A stretch of DNA of 64,000 nucleotides from an uncultured Muribaculaceae bacterium. Its GTDB lineage: Bacteria > Bacteroidota > Bacteroidia > Bacteroidales > UBA932. The position numbers and the translations under genes were made by a program. The notes beneath the pieces were generated by a model. That model made no database searches. It had not been told where the DNA came from and saw only the letters and a program-made list of their open reading frames with translations. Shown here piece after piece: positions 9,390 to 18,405 of this stretch. The stretch lies in NCBI GenBank assembly GCA_964567765.1, contig CAZMNZ010000001.1, forward strand, positions 60,573 through 124,572, in the 5' to 3' direction. Position 1 is the stretch's first letter. Each line of letters begins with the position of its first letter.

Positions 9390-9611
9390 ATGGCACTTGT
9401 AATCAATGAAATGACAAGATCCTTTACCTTCAAGAAGGGTGTTGAGAAGATCACTCTTGCAGATCCGAATCCGAATGATACACCGGAGATGGTGATGAAC
9501 TACTATTCCAACATGTATCCTGAACTTACGACAGCAACTGTTCATGGACCGAAGATCAATGAGGACATAGCGGAGTATGAATTCAAGACCACTATAGGAA
9601 CAAAAGGATGA
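9390..9611 (+). CDS. PRTRC system protein C (ubiquitin-like)
   Basis: LADPNP...VMNYYSNMYPELTTATVHGP...TTIGTKG, C-terminal Gly. Confidence 0.9.
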   Translation: MALVINEMTRSFTFKKGVEKITLADPNPNDTPEMVMNYYSNMYPELTTATVHGPKINEDIAEYEFKTTIGTKG

Positions 9612-9644
9612 TTATATGGAAACAGACAATAAGGAGGTCAAAGA

Positions 9645-10763
9645 ATGCACGAGGTTAAACGCTTATCAGATGGAGTCGCTATCCAGGCTCATCATAGAGG
9701 CATTGGAGAGGGATCACCGCATAGGGGTTGTGAGGCAGGAACGGATTACGGCACCGAGCGGAGCCGTAATCCTTTTCTAGAAGAAAAATACGCCCTCAAG
9801 GCGAAGGACGAGCTGGTCTGGTACAGTTGGAACGGGGAACCACACAATCTGATAACCCGGGAAAACTACGAGTACCTGCGAGACTCATATCTTCGCTACG
9901 CCTGTCTTCTGGGAAAGGACTCCCGGCATTGTCCTGCGGAGTCCATCGGAGTCGGAATCGCCAACCTTTATGCAGAGATGTCTTCGCTTCTGGGAGATGA
10001 TATGAATGTCAATCTGGAAGAGCGGGATGGCAGGCTCTACTTCAATCTGTGGAAGATGCACAAATGGGGAGACCATACTCTGTATTACTTCCCCATACGC
10101 TTCACCGAGAATCTTTGTCCACGCCTCAGGCGGATAGTCCTGACCTTTTATCATGAGTTCATGAAGGCTAACGGACTTTCCACTATCAACGACGATGATG
10201 ACGCGTTCTGGGCGCAGGATATCCTTTTAGACTCTTGTTACTGCGAGGATGAAGATCCGTCAGAACGAAGAAGAAGACATCGCCGTGTTCGGTCTTATGA
10301 ATCGGGAGGAAGGGTGTACAAAGCTCTCGAAACGCTTAAATCCAGATCCTATTATGCGGACTTGAGGAAGGCTGTAGAGAGATATCCTTGTGCCGATGAG
10401 ATGGAGCGGACTCTCATTGAACTTATAAAAAAGGGAATGAGGTTCGTGTCCACGGAAAAGTCCATCATGAACTATCAATACGATCCTTTCTACGAGGAGG
10501 ATTCGGATTTCACACCGATGCAGATGTGGCAGCAGATCCGTATCGTCTATGACATAAACGGAGATGTAGAGAACGAGATGACAGACCTGTTCAATTTAAA
10601 CTGTAGGGAAACCTACGAACTGATACCGACATCGACATTTGAACTTACACCCGACACAGACAGGGTCTTTATTCTAGAGGATGATTACCCGGAAAGATTC
10701 TTCGAGTGGGCTGATGAGTTTCTGTGTTTTATAAATCTGACATTATGCAAACAAACGAATTGA
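9645..10763 (+). CDS. PRTRC system protein F-like
   Basis: Position between C and B; N-terminus uncertain (see findings). Confidence 0.65.
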   Translation: MHEVKRLSDGVAIQAHHRGIGEGSPHRGCEAGTDYGTERSRNPFLEEKYALKAKDELVWYSWNGEPHNLITRENYEYLRDSYLRYACLLGKDSRHCPAESIGVGIANLYAEMSSLLGDDMNVNLEERDGRLYFNLWKMHKWGDHTLYYFPIRFTENLCPRLRRIVLTFYHEFMKANGLSTINDDDDAFWAQDILLDSCYCEDEDPSERRRRHRRVRSYESGGRVYKALETLKSRSYYADLRKAVERYPCADEMERTLIELIKKGMRFVSTEKSIMNYQYDPFYEEDSDFTPMQMWQQIRIVYDINGDVENEMTDLFNLNCRETYELIPTSTFELTPDTDRVFILEDDYPERFFEWADEFLCFINLTLCKQTN

Positions 10764-11443
10764 CCAGAGAGATAAATACAGTCTTGCGTCCGCGGGCAGC
10801 ACTTCTTGCTTATTCCACAGACGACGGAGGCTCACACTACCTTGAATTAAGGAAAATCGGACCGGACGGCAGGATGTGTGAAGGGGCTCCTGTTACTACA
10901 GAGTTCATAGACCAGCTGATAGAAGGTTACTCCGAGCACCGCTGCACAACACCGTACGGAAAGCTGCCGGAGAATATGCTGTGGAGCGACACCCGCAAGG
11001 GTTGTGAGAAATATGTGTGGTATAACCCGCCACGTAAGAGGGTCATGTACTTCCATTCCTCCCTTGGAATTGAGGATGGCGAATACAACCTTCCGGGAGT
11101 AATTTATAGTGTCAGCGGCAATTGCCTTAACATATATGCCTACAAGGATGAGACTCTCACTCCGGAAACTCACCTGTATGCGGCTCCGTTCTTCAATGTG
11201 ACAGGATCGCGTGTGTGTCTTGGAAATGCAGCGATAGCAAAGCCGTCAGACCTGACATACGAGCATCTGATAGAATACTGGGAGAAGAAATTCTGGCTTA
11301 CCGAGTTCCTGCATCTCGGTGGAGCCGGCAATCCTACCCGGAGCAATCTCGTGCTGGTTACAAAGGCGGCCGGAAAGGCTCCGTTCGATACGGATGAACT
11401 TATACCTCTTGAGGAAATGAAACTTAAAGATATACTGAAATGA
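10745..11443 (+). CDS. PRTRC system protein B (prokaryotic E2-like)
   Basis: LYAAPFFNV..SRVCLGNA, WEKKFWLTEFLH. Confidence 0.88.
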   Translation: MQTNELTREINTVLRPRAALLAYSTDDGGSHYLELRKIGPDGRMCEGAPVTTEFIDQLIEGYSEHRCTTPYGKLPENMLWSDTRKGCEKYVWYNPPRKRVMYFHSSLGIEDGEYNLPGVIYSVSGNCLNIYAYKDETLTPETHLYAAPFFNVTGSRVCLGNAAIAKPSDLTYEHLIEYWEKKFWLTEFLHLGGAGNPTRSNLVLVTKAAGKAPFDTDELIPLEEMKLKDILK

Positions 11444-12228
11444 AAAGAGTGCATTTTACAGAAAGCTACCTGCTCAATCCACGTCATCGTGTCACCGTCA
11501 ATCTCATCGGCTGCGGAGGGACCGGTTCTCAGATGCTCACCTGTCTTGCCAGGCTTGATGTGACCCTGCGAGGGCTGGGACACCCAGGACTATTCGTGAC
11601 TCTGTATGATCCGGATACCGTAACGGAATCCAATGTAGGACGCCAGCTCTTCAGCCCGTCTGACCTAGGTCTCAACAAAGCCCAGTGCCTTGTCACGAGG
11701 ATAAACGCCTTCTTCGGGAACGACTGGCGTGCAGTTCCGCAGGCATATCCGGAAGATGAGAATCTTGCCAGAAAGGAACATATGGCCAACATCACTATAA
11801 CCTGTACAGACAATGTGAAGTCCCGCCTAGATCTTTGGAAGGTGTTGAAAGGTGTCAAGGCGGTACGATATGCCGACCATATGACCCCATTCTATTGGAT
11901 GGACTTCGGAAATGCACAGACTTCAGGTCAGGTGGTAATCGGGACCATACCGAGGAAGATCCCTCAGCCGGAATCAAAGAGGTATGAGGCGGTACCGTCG
12001 CTTCGGGTGGTGACCAGAATGGTACGCTATGACAGAGTGAAGGATGAAGACTCCGGTCCGAGCTGTTCTCTGGCAGAGGCTTTGTCCAGACAGGATCTGT
12101 TCATAAACTCGACGTTGGCCCAGCTCGGATGCGACATCCTCTGGAAGATGTTCCGTCATGGAATGACTGAACACAGCGGCCTGTACCTGAATCTTGACAC
12201 GATGAAGGTGAACCCGATAATGGTATGA
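11440..12228 (+). CDS. PRTRC system ThiF/E1-like enzyme
   Basis: IGCGGTGS, DPDTVTESNVGRQ, CTDN, WMDFGN, GPSCSLAEALSRQDLFIN. Confidence 0.92.
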   Translation: MKRVHFTESYLLNPRHRVTVNLIGCGGTGSQMLTCLARLDVTLRGLGHPGLFVTLYDPDTVTESNVGRQLFSPSDLGLNKAQCLVTRINAFFGNDWRAVPQAYPEDENLARKEHMANITITCTDNVKSRLDLWKVLKGVKAVRYADHMTPFYWMDFGNAQTSGQVVIGTIPRKIPQPESKRYEAVPSLRVVTRMVRYDRVKDEDSGPSCSLAEALSRQDLFINSTLAQLGCDILWKMFRHGMTEHSGLYLNLDTMKVNPIMV

Positions 12229-12246
12229 TGATAAAAAACAGTGGAA

Positions 12247-12699
12247 ATGAAGATCAAGAAGACCATAAATGACAGAAACTCTTGCCAGATGGCTGGTGAG
12301 GTGGAACGCCTGCTCAATACAGTCAGGCCTTCAAGCATCCATCTTGAAGAACTGCTCAAGAGATATCCGGAGCAGATACTGAAGGATTTCTTCATATCCT
12401 GTCTTCTGTGCTGGGCGGATTACGGACGGTTCGACGACAGGAATATCCGTGCCGTGCTGGTCAGCATGGAGATTGTCTCTTACTTCAAGACCCTGAGGAA
12501 TGATGTTAAGGATGGCCATATGCTGGATGAAGCATCAGGATTCGTGCTTTTCGCCCACCGGGCTATCCATCAGCATCTCTTCGATGTGATCTGCCTTTAT
12601 CTCAAGGGGACAGGGTACAGGGGGATAGCCTTTTGGCTTGACAGAAAGGCGTTCGTCATAGACCGTGCACTTCATACTGCGGTCCCCTCAGGCCGGTAA
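12247..12699 (+). CDS. Hypothetical protein
   Basis: ~150 aa ORF ending the PRTRC operon. Confidence 0.6.
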   Translation: MKIKKTINDRNSCQMAGEVERLLNTVRPSSIHLEELLKRYPEQILKDFFISCLLCWADYGRFDDRNIRAVLVSMEIVSYFKTLRNDVKDGHMLDEASGFVLFAHRAIHQHLFDVICLYLKGTGYRGIAFWLDRKAFVIDRALHTAVPSGR

Positions 12700-12746
12700 G
12701 GAGAGTGTTGGCGGAACGATATCCGTATGGGAGAGCGGCGTTTCTT

Positions 12747-12923
12747 TCGGCTTCAATCATTTGTATCCGCAAATGTAGATTCCTCTTCCGGACACATCCA
12801 AGAACCGTCAGTAGAACTAATCCGTTCAAATCTCCACGCACGCTGTGGTAGTATTTGGACGGATTTTCTTGTCTGTTGCCGTCAGAGTCCCTGTCGGGTG
12901 CTTCACAAATAAGTTGAACCCGA
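12747..12923. repeat. Long-hairpin element, copy B (candidate ssDNA promoter)
   Basis: Near-identical to 18208-18395. Confidence 0.92.
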
Positions 12924-12960
12924 TGACGGTCCAGATGTAATGCAGTAGGGCTGCTTCAAG

Positions 12961-13932
12961 ATGACTATCACTAACAAAAAAACTATGATGCACGAATCAT
13001 TAGATGAAATGAGTTCTGGAGCAGGTCAGGACCTGGTTTCAGGTATCCTCAAGATTCAAGTAAGAAACGAGGATATGATAACCGCGCAGGATAAAGCGTA
13101 TTGCCTTAGACAGCAGGAGAGTCTCTATCGCACTCTTGACCAGATTGACTACTGGTATTCCATATTCAAGGAGGAGGCCGAGAAATATCGCGATGAACTG
13201 AAGTTTGACTATCTGGACAGTGGAAAGCCAACCGGTCAATGTAACAGGTATGTGAGAAGCGATGATAAGATGAGCTACATCGAACATGAATTCCTGCCGT
13301 TCGACATTATGGACGTACTGGTAGACAAGAACCGTCATGCGGTCAGCCAGTTTGCATACAGAATAATAGACTATTTCAACAGTACATATAATCTGTCCGT
13401 GCCTGTGCCTAATATTGATGGCCATACCTTGAAGATGGGAGACAGACCTGTATATTCGACATATGTCGATATGGTGATCAGTCATCTGGGTGGCAGGACT
13501 TTCAGGGATACCGCCGAGGAAGAACTGGTGAAAAGGTTCAGAAGTATGATCAGGCCGTCACGATGGAGCCGTGCGAGACCTGAACTCAAGAAAGACCGGA
13601 TCGTCTTTCAGAATATAACCGGCTGGAGCGACATCACGTTGGAATTTCATGGCATATACAGACTGGCATACGGCTATGAGTCAAACCTGAGCGTTTTATG
13701 TAAGGGTATTGCCTTCGGTTCGGATGATTTCCTGAATGGCAATACAGACATAATCTCCAGATTCGACAGAGACGATGTCAGGCTATCCGAGTGGTACGAC
13801 CTCACTACTGATAATGCGATGCAGATGCGGTTCTACAAAAACGGTCGTGTCGATGTGAAGTTCAAGGACGCTTCGGCTGCAGAAAGCTGTTACCGTCGTC
13901 TCGGATTGGACGAACTTGAGGAAGAGGAGTGA
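12961..13932 (+). CDS. Hypothetical protein; C-terminus reminiscent of DUF4942-type methylase partners
   Basis: 323 aa; MRFYKNGRVDVKF near the C-terminus; precedes the methylase-helicase. Confidence 0.65.
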   Translation: MTITNKKTMMHESLDEMSSGAGQDLVSGILKIQVRNEDMITAQDKAYCLRQQESLYRTLDQIDYWYSIFKEEAEKYRDELKFDYLDSGKPTGQCNRYVRSDDKMSYIEHEFLPFDIMDVLVDKNRHAVSQFAYRIIDYFNSTYNLSVPVPNIDGHTLKMGDRPVYSTYVDMVISHLGGRTFRDTAEEELVKRFRSMIRPSRWSRARPELKKDRIVFQNITGWSDITLEFHGIYRLAYGYESNLSVLCKGIAFGSDDFLNGNTDIISRFDRDDVRLSEWYDLTTDNAMQMRFYKNGRVDVKFKDASAAESCYRRLGLDELEEEE

Positions 13933-13959
13933 TAATCATTATAAGATAATACAGGACAT

Positions 13960-16900
13960 ATGTACGCCATCATACCACAACAGATACCGCAAGGGCTGCG
14001 GGCTGAGATAAATGAAAAGATACTCCTTGCCATCAATTCCGGCAAGAACCTCATACCGGCAGAGAGTATATACAACTGCTATACGGGTATAGGAGGACTG
14101 CATGATCTGAAGCAGTCAGACTACGCCAGCTACCATGAGTATGCCCAGGCGAAGAAGGAGTTCGAGATGGGACAGTTCTTTACACCGCATCACGTGTGCA
14201 GGGACATGGTGGATGTGCTTTCTCCGACATCGGACGAGATGGTCCTTGACATGTGCTGCGGAATGGGTAACTTCTTCAACCATCTCCCTAATCAGCACAA
14301 TGCCTTTGGGTTTGACATAGACGGCAAGGCGGTGGCAGTTGCAAGGCACCTCTATCCGGATGCCAGTATAGAGAGATGTGACATACAGCAGTTCCGCTCC
14401 GGGCAACGCTTCGATGTCATCATCGGTAATCCTCCATTCAATCTCAAATTCGATTCCCGTCTTTCACAGGAGTATTATATGGACAAGGCCTATGACCTGC
14501 TTAACCCGGCCGGTCTGCTGATGGTCATCGTTCCGGCTTCCTTCATGCAGAACGAGTTCTGGGAGAAGAGCAGAATTGAGAGGATCAACAGGGAGTTCTC
14601 ATTCATCGGACAGACAAGGCTTTCTCCGGATGCCTTCTCGTCGGTAGGAGTGGACAACTTCCAGACGAAGATAATGGTGTTCCTGAGACACTCCCGGCAT
14701 GTTACGATGCAGACATATCGTGCCGATGAGTTTGTCCTGATGGATGAACTCAAGGCAAGGATAGGGGAGGCACGAGAGATGAAACGCTCCCGGCGTCTTG
14801 ACATCATGCGTGAGACCAACCGTATAGACAGGGAAGAGCTGGAACGCTTCGAGTACAGGCTTGCCAAGTATATGTATGAACTAAAGGCCCATGCCAGACT
14901 TAACAAGCATATAGATAAGGCAGAGGCACTCGTTACCAGATTCCGAAACCAGAAACCGCCCGAAAATGCAACCAACGAGCAGATGAAGGAGTGGGAGCGC
15001 AAGAAGTTGACGACAGCAAAGGTACTTGCCACGATACGAAGGTACATCACCTCGCAGAATGATGTTCCACGCAAGGAGGTGGCTCTGGTCAAGACCTCCT
15101 ACGGATTCAAGCTCAAGCAGTACGCGCCGAGGCTGCTGGATAAGGTGGAACACAAGGCATCAGGCATCAACAGCCTTGTACTCGGTTTGGCCGGTCTTCC
15201 CTTTCCGGAGAAGATGACAGAGAAGAACAAAGAACAGATACATGCCGCAAGAAAGCTGATCTGCCGAAAGAAACGGCAGTACGAGATGCAGAGCAGATCC
15301 TTCCTTGAGATGGTTGCGGATCCTGCCATAGGCCGGTATCTGGATGAGGCGACATTCGTGAACAAGGATGGTCAGGTGTGTGAGTTTACCGGGCTTCAGA
15401 AGCACGACCTGAATCTTGTACTTCAGAAGCGTTATGCTCTGCTGAACTGGCAGCAGGGTTCCGGCAAGACGGCAGCCGTTTATCATAGGGCAAGATACCT
15501 GCTGCAGAACGGCAGGGTGCGCAATGTTATAATTCTGGCACCGGCTATCGCCACCAACATGACATGGATGCCGTTCCTTTCAAACAATGGTGAAGAGTAC
15601 AGGGTGATACGCTCTTACAAGGATCTTGAAGATGTCCCCAGAGGGATATTCCTTGTGTTATCCACCTCGATGGTCGCTAAACTCAAACGTGAACTTATGA
15701 GGTTTGTGAAGATCTCGTCAAGGAAACTTTGTCTGGTATTTGACGAGTCTGACGAGATAACCAATCCTTCATCCCAGCGGACAAAGCATATCCTGGCTGT
15801 CTTCCGCAGGCTCAGATACAAGATTCTCGACACTGGTACGACAACCCGTAACAACATCTCCGAATTGTACAGTCAGTTTGAGCTGCTCTATAACAACTCG
15901 GTCAATATGACCTGCTGGTGCAGTAATGTCTATCACGAGAACAAGGATAAGGAAATCGAGAGCGAAAGGAATTTCAATTACTGTGAGCCGTTTCCAGCCT
16001 ACAGGGGGCATGTCCTGTTCAGTGCCTGTCATTGTCCCGGCAAGGCTACCGTATTCGGTATAGAGAAGCAGAATCAGGATGTCTATAACAGCGAGGAACT
16101 CTTCGACCTTATAGGCAAGACCATCATCACACGCAAGTTCCGTGACTTCGCAGGTGAGAAGTACCGGATACGGACACACGCAGTAAGTCCGTCTGATGGT
16201 GAGCATGAGGTCTATCGTGTCATCGTCGAGGATTTCTGCCGTATATGTGAACTGTATTACAACAGCACAGGCGATTCCAGAAAGGAAGCCGGACTGAGGC
16301 TGATGCGTCAGATAAAGCTGCTCATCAGGGCCTGTTCCGTACCGAATCTCATATCAGGATACTATGGCGATCCATATCCGAGCAAGACCCGCTACATCAG
16401 GTCGCTCATAAGCGGGATACCCGGCAAGGTGGCCGTAGGCTGTACCACAATCGCGGCGGTCGAACTGTATGAGAGGTATATCCGGGAAAACTTTCCACAT
16501 AGACCAGTGTATGTCATAATGGGTGATGTCCCCTTCAGGAAACGTCAGAGCATAGTTTCAGAGTTTGATGCTACAACAGACGGCATTCTGGTATGCACAC
16601 AGCAGAGCCTGAGCAGCTCGGTGAACATTCCGGCCTGCAACGACGTGATCCTGGAGTCTCTGCAGTGGAATATCCCGAAGATGGAACAGTTCTACTTCCG
16701 CTTCATACGTCTGGATTCCAAGGATATGAAGAATGTTCATTATGTGACTTATGAAGACTCCATAGAGCAGAATCTGATGGCATTGGTGCTTACCAAGGAG
16801 CGTCTCAATGAGTTCATCAAGACAGGCGAGGTCAGGGACCAGTCTGAGATATTCGAGGAGTTCGACATCTCGATTTCCGTGATCGACAGTCTGCTGGTAC

Positions 16901-16962
16901 GCTCGACAGACGATAATGGCAGGGTCCATGTCAGCTGGGGAAGCCAGAGAGTGGAGCGTTAA
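13960..16962 (+). CDS. N6-adenine DNA methyltransferase fused to SF2/SNF2-like helicase (DarB-like)
   Basis: GQFFTP, DMCCGMG, NPPF; QQGSGKT, DESD, TGT, C-terminal helicase lobe. Confidence 0.88.
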   Translation: MYAIIPQQIPQGLRAEINEKILLAINSGKNLIPAESIYNCYTGIGGLHDLKQSDYASYHEYAQAKKEFEMGQFFTPHHVCRDMVDVLSPTSDEMVLDMCCGMGNFFNHLPNQHNAFGFDIDGKAVAVARHLYPDASIERCDIQQFRSGQRFDVIIGNPPFNLKFDSRLSQEYYMDKAYDLLNPAGLLMVIVPASFMQNEFWEKSRIERINREFSFIGQTRLSPDAFSSVGVDNFQTKIMVFLRHSRHVTMQTYRADEFVLMDELKARIGEAREMKRSRRLDIMRETNRIDREELERFEYRLAKYMYELKAHARLNKHIDKAEALVTRFRNQKPPENATNEQMKEWERKKLTTAKVLATIRRYITSQNDVPRKEVALVKTSYGFKLKQYAPRLLDKVEHKASGINSLVLGLAGLPFPEKMTEKNKEQIHAARKLICRKKRQYEMQSRSFLEMVADPAIGRYLDEATFVNKDGQVCEFTGLQKHDLNLVLQKRYALLNWQQGSGKTAAVYHRARYLLQNGRVRNVIILAPAIATNMTWMPFLSNNGEEYRVIRSYKDLEDVPRGIFLVLSTSMVAKLKRELMRFVKISSRKLCLVFDESDEITNPSSQRTKHILAVFRRLRYKILDTGTTTRNNISELYSQFELLYNNSVNMTCWCSNVYHENKDKEIESERNFNYCEPFPAYRGHVLFSACHCPGKATVFGIEKQNQDVYNSEELFDLIGKTIITRKFRDFAGEKYRIRTHAVSPSDGEHEVYRVIVEDFCRICELYYNSTGDSRKEAGLRLMRQIKLLIRACSVPNLISGYYGDPYPSKTRYIRSLISGIPGKVAVGCTTIAAVELYERYIRENFPHRPVYVIMGDVPFRKRQSIVSEFDATTDGILVCTQQSLSSSVNIPACNDVILESLQWNIPKMEQFYFRFIRLDSKDMKNVHYVTYEDSIEQNLMALVLTKERLNEFIKTGEVRDQSEIFEEFDISISVIDSLLVRSTDDNGRVHVSWGSQRVER

Positions 16963-16994
16963 GATAACAACACGATATTATAAACATCAAGACT

Positions 16995-17222
16995 ATGACA
17001 ACAATAAACATGAACAAGCATGTATGGGAGGGATGGACGGTAGGTAGTTTCATCGAGGCGTTGACCCCTCAGGTGGAGATGATCATGAGCGGTCGAAGCT
17101 GGAGACCTCCCTTCAGGAACAAGCAGGAACTGGCTGAGTGGTGCCGGGATAACCAGCCCTATTACAAGAAGCGGATAGCGGATGTGAATAATTACTTTGC
17201 AGAAATGTATGCCTTGATGTAG
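16995..17222 (+). CDS. Small hypothetical protein
   Basis: 75 aa, HVWEGWTV...NQPYYKK. Confidence 0.7.
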   Translation: MTTINMNKHVWEGWTVGSFIEALTPQVEMIMSGRSWRPPFRNKQELAEWCRDNQPYYKKRIADVNNYFAEMYALM

Positions 17223-17418
17223 TTTTTTGTAAGATTATAGTGGCGGTTAGTGAAATAAGTAAGATAATTGCTCTATAATTGTAGAATGATAAATCCGATT
17301 TATTTTCGCGAATATAGTAAAAATATAACGTCATCATCTCTCCACAAAGTGATTATGAATATAAGGGAATCGAAAATAATTCCTATATTTGTGTCTGTAA
17401 CATTAAAAGTGATTGATT

Positions 17419-17682
17419 ATGCCTGAGTTATTTAGACAATACGGATTTGTATTCCTGTTCTTTTCTCATGAACACGAACCTATACATGTGCATGTAAGAG
17501 GTCATAATGGAGATGCGAAATATGTGTGGGATGGCGAGGGTTTTGCTCTTGAGAGTACACACGGTATCAAGACCAACGATCTGAAGCGTATTGAGAGGGC
17601 GATTCATGAGAATGCTGATATTATCCTAAACAGGTGGTATGAAATCTTTGGTGATACTGAAAGCGAAGAAGACGATGAATAA
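17419..17682 (+). CDS. DUF4160 family protein (putative TA component)
   Basis: FFSHEHEPIHVHV; own TATATTTG -7 box just upstream. Confidence 0.85.
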   Translation: MPELFRQYGFVFLFFSHEHEPIHVHVRGHNGDAKYVWDGEGFALESTHGIKTNDLKRIERAIHENADIILNRWYEIFGDTESEEDDE

Positions 17683-18091
17683 GATAGAGAAGATATGGTT
17701 TGACGGCGAATGGCTGTACGGACTTGGTGACGATGGCAGGACCTATCGTCAGTCGCTCTTGTGGTACAAGAATCTTCTGCACGCTACTGATGAGCAGAGA
17801 CAGGAATATGAAATCAGTACTATAGGCATACACTGGAGCAAACTGGATGAAGATGTGAGTTTCGATAGTTTCACATATGAAGAGGCTGAACCGTCTGCAT
17901 TACAGAGATTCTTCCTTGAACATCCGGAAATCAATGTGGCAGAGTTTGCAAAGGGTATAGGCTTGAATCCTTCTCTTCTGAGAAACTACATCAATGGTTT
18001 CAAGAAGCCTTCAAAGGAACGGGAGAAACTGATCCTTGACCGAATCCACGAATTAGGAAGAATATATATGGATGTAGCATTTGCATCATAA
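17675..18091 (+). CDS. DUF2442 + HTH protein (putative TA partner)
   Basis: LLHATDEQRQEYE..GIHWSKLDEDVS plus INVAEFAKGIGLNPSLLRNY. Confidence 0.85.
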   Translation: MNKIEKIWFDGEWLYGLGDDGRTYRQSLLWYKNLLHATDEQRQEYEISTIGIHWSKLDEDVSFDSFTYEEAEPSALQRFFLEHPEINVAEFAKGIGLNPSLLRNYINGFKKPSKEREKLILDRIHELGRIYMDVAFAS

Positions 18092-18207
18092 TGAAATTTC
18101 CTTCACGAGTGTGAGGGGAATGGTTTTGTTGAATATCTGGTAGGTCTATTAAATAAATCTTGATGTATTGGTGTAAAATTATAATATAACATCAAATAAA
18201 ATCAAAG

Positions 18208-18395
18208 TCTATCTCGGGTTCAATCATTTGTTTCCGCAAATGTAGATTCCTCTTCCGGACACATTCAAGAACTGTTCGTAGAACTAATCCGTTCAAATCT
18301 CCACGCACGCTGTGGTAGTATTTGGACGGATTTTCTTGTCTGTTGCCGTCAGAGTCCCTGTCGGGTGCTTCACAAATGAAGTTGAACCCGATAGA
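18208..18395. repeat. Long-hairpin element, copy C (candidate ssDNA promoter)
   Basis: Outer arms TCGGGTTCAATCATTTGT / ACAAATGAAGTTGAACCCGA; inner AATCCGTTCAAAT / ATTTGGACGGATT. Confidence 0.92.
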
Positions 18396-18405
18396 GGATA
18401 CTGAT

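Noticed and set aside
8503..18395. Hairpin repeats as IS/MITE ends
   Set aside because: No transposase or target duplications seen; placement is always at operon heads
18322..18405. ORF-track N-terminal extension of the vWA protein and ORF 12727..12912
   Set aside because: They run through the non-coding hairpin repeats; the real start is likely ATG 18406
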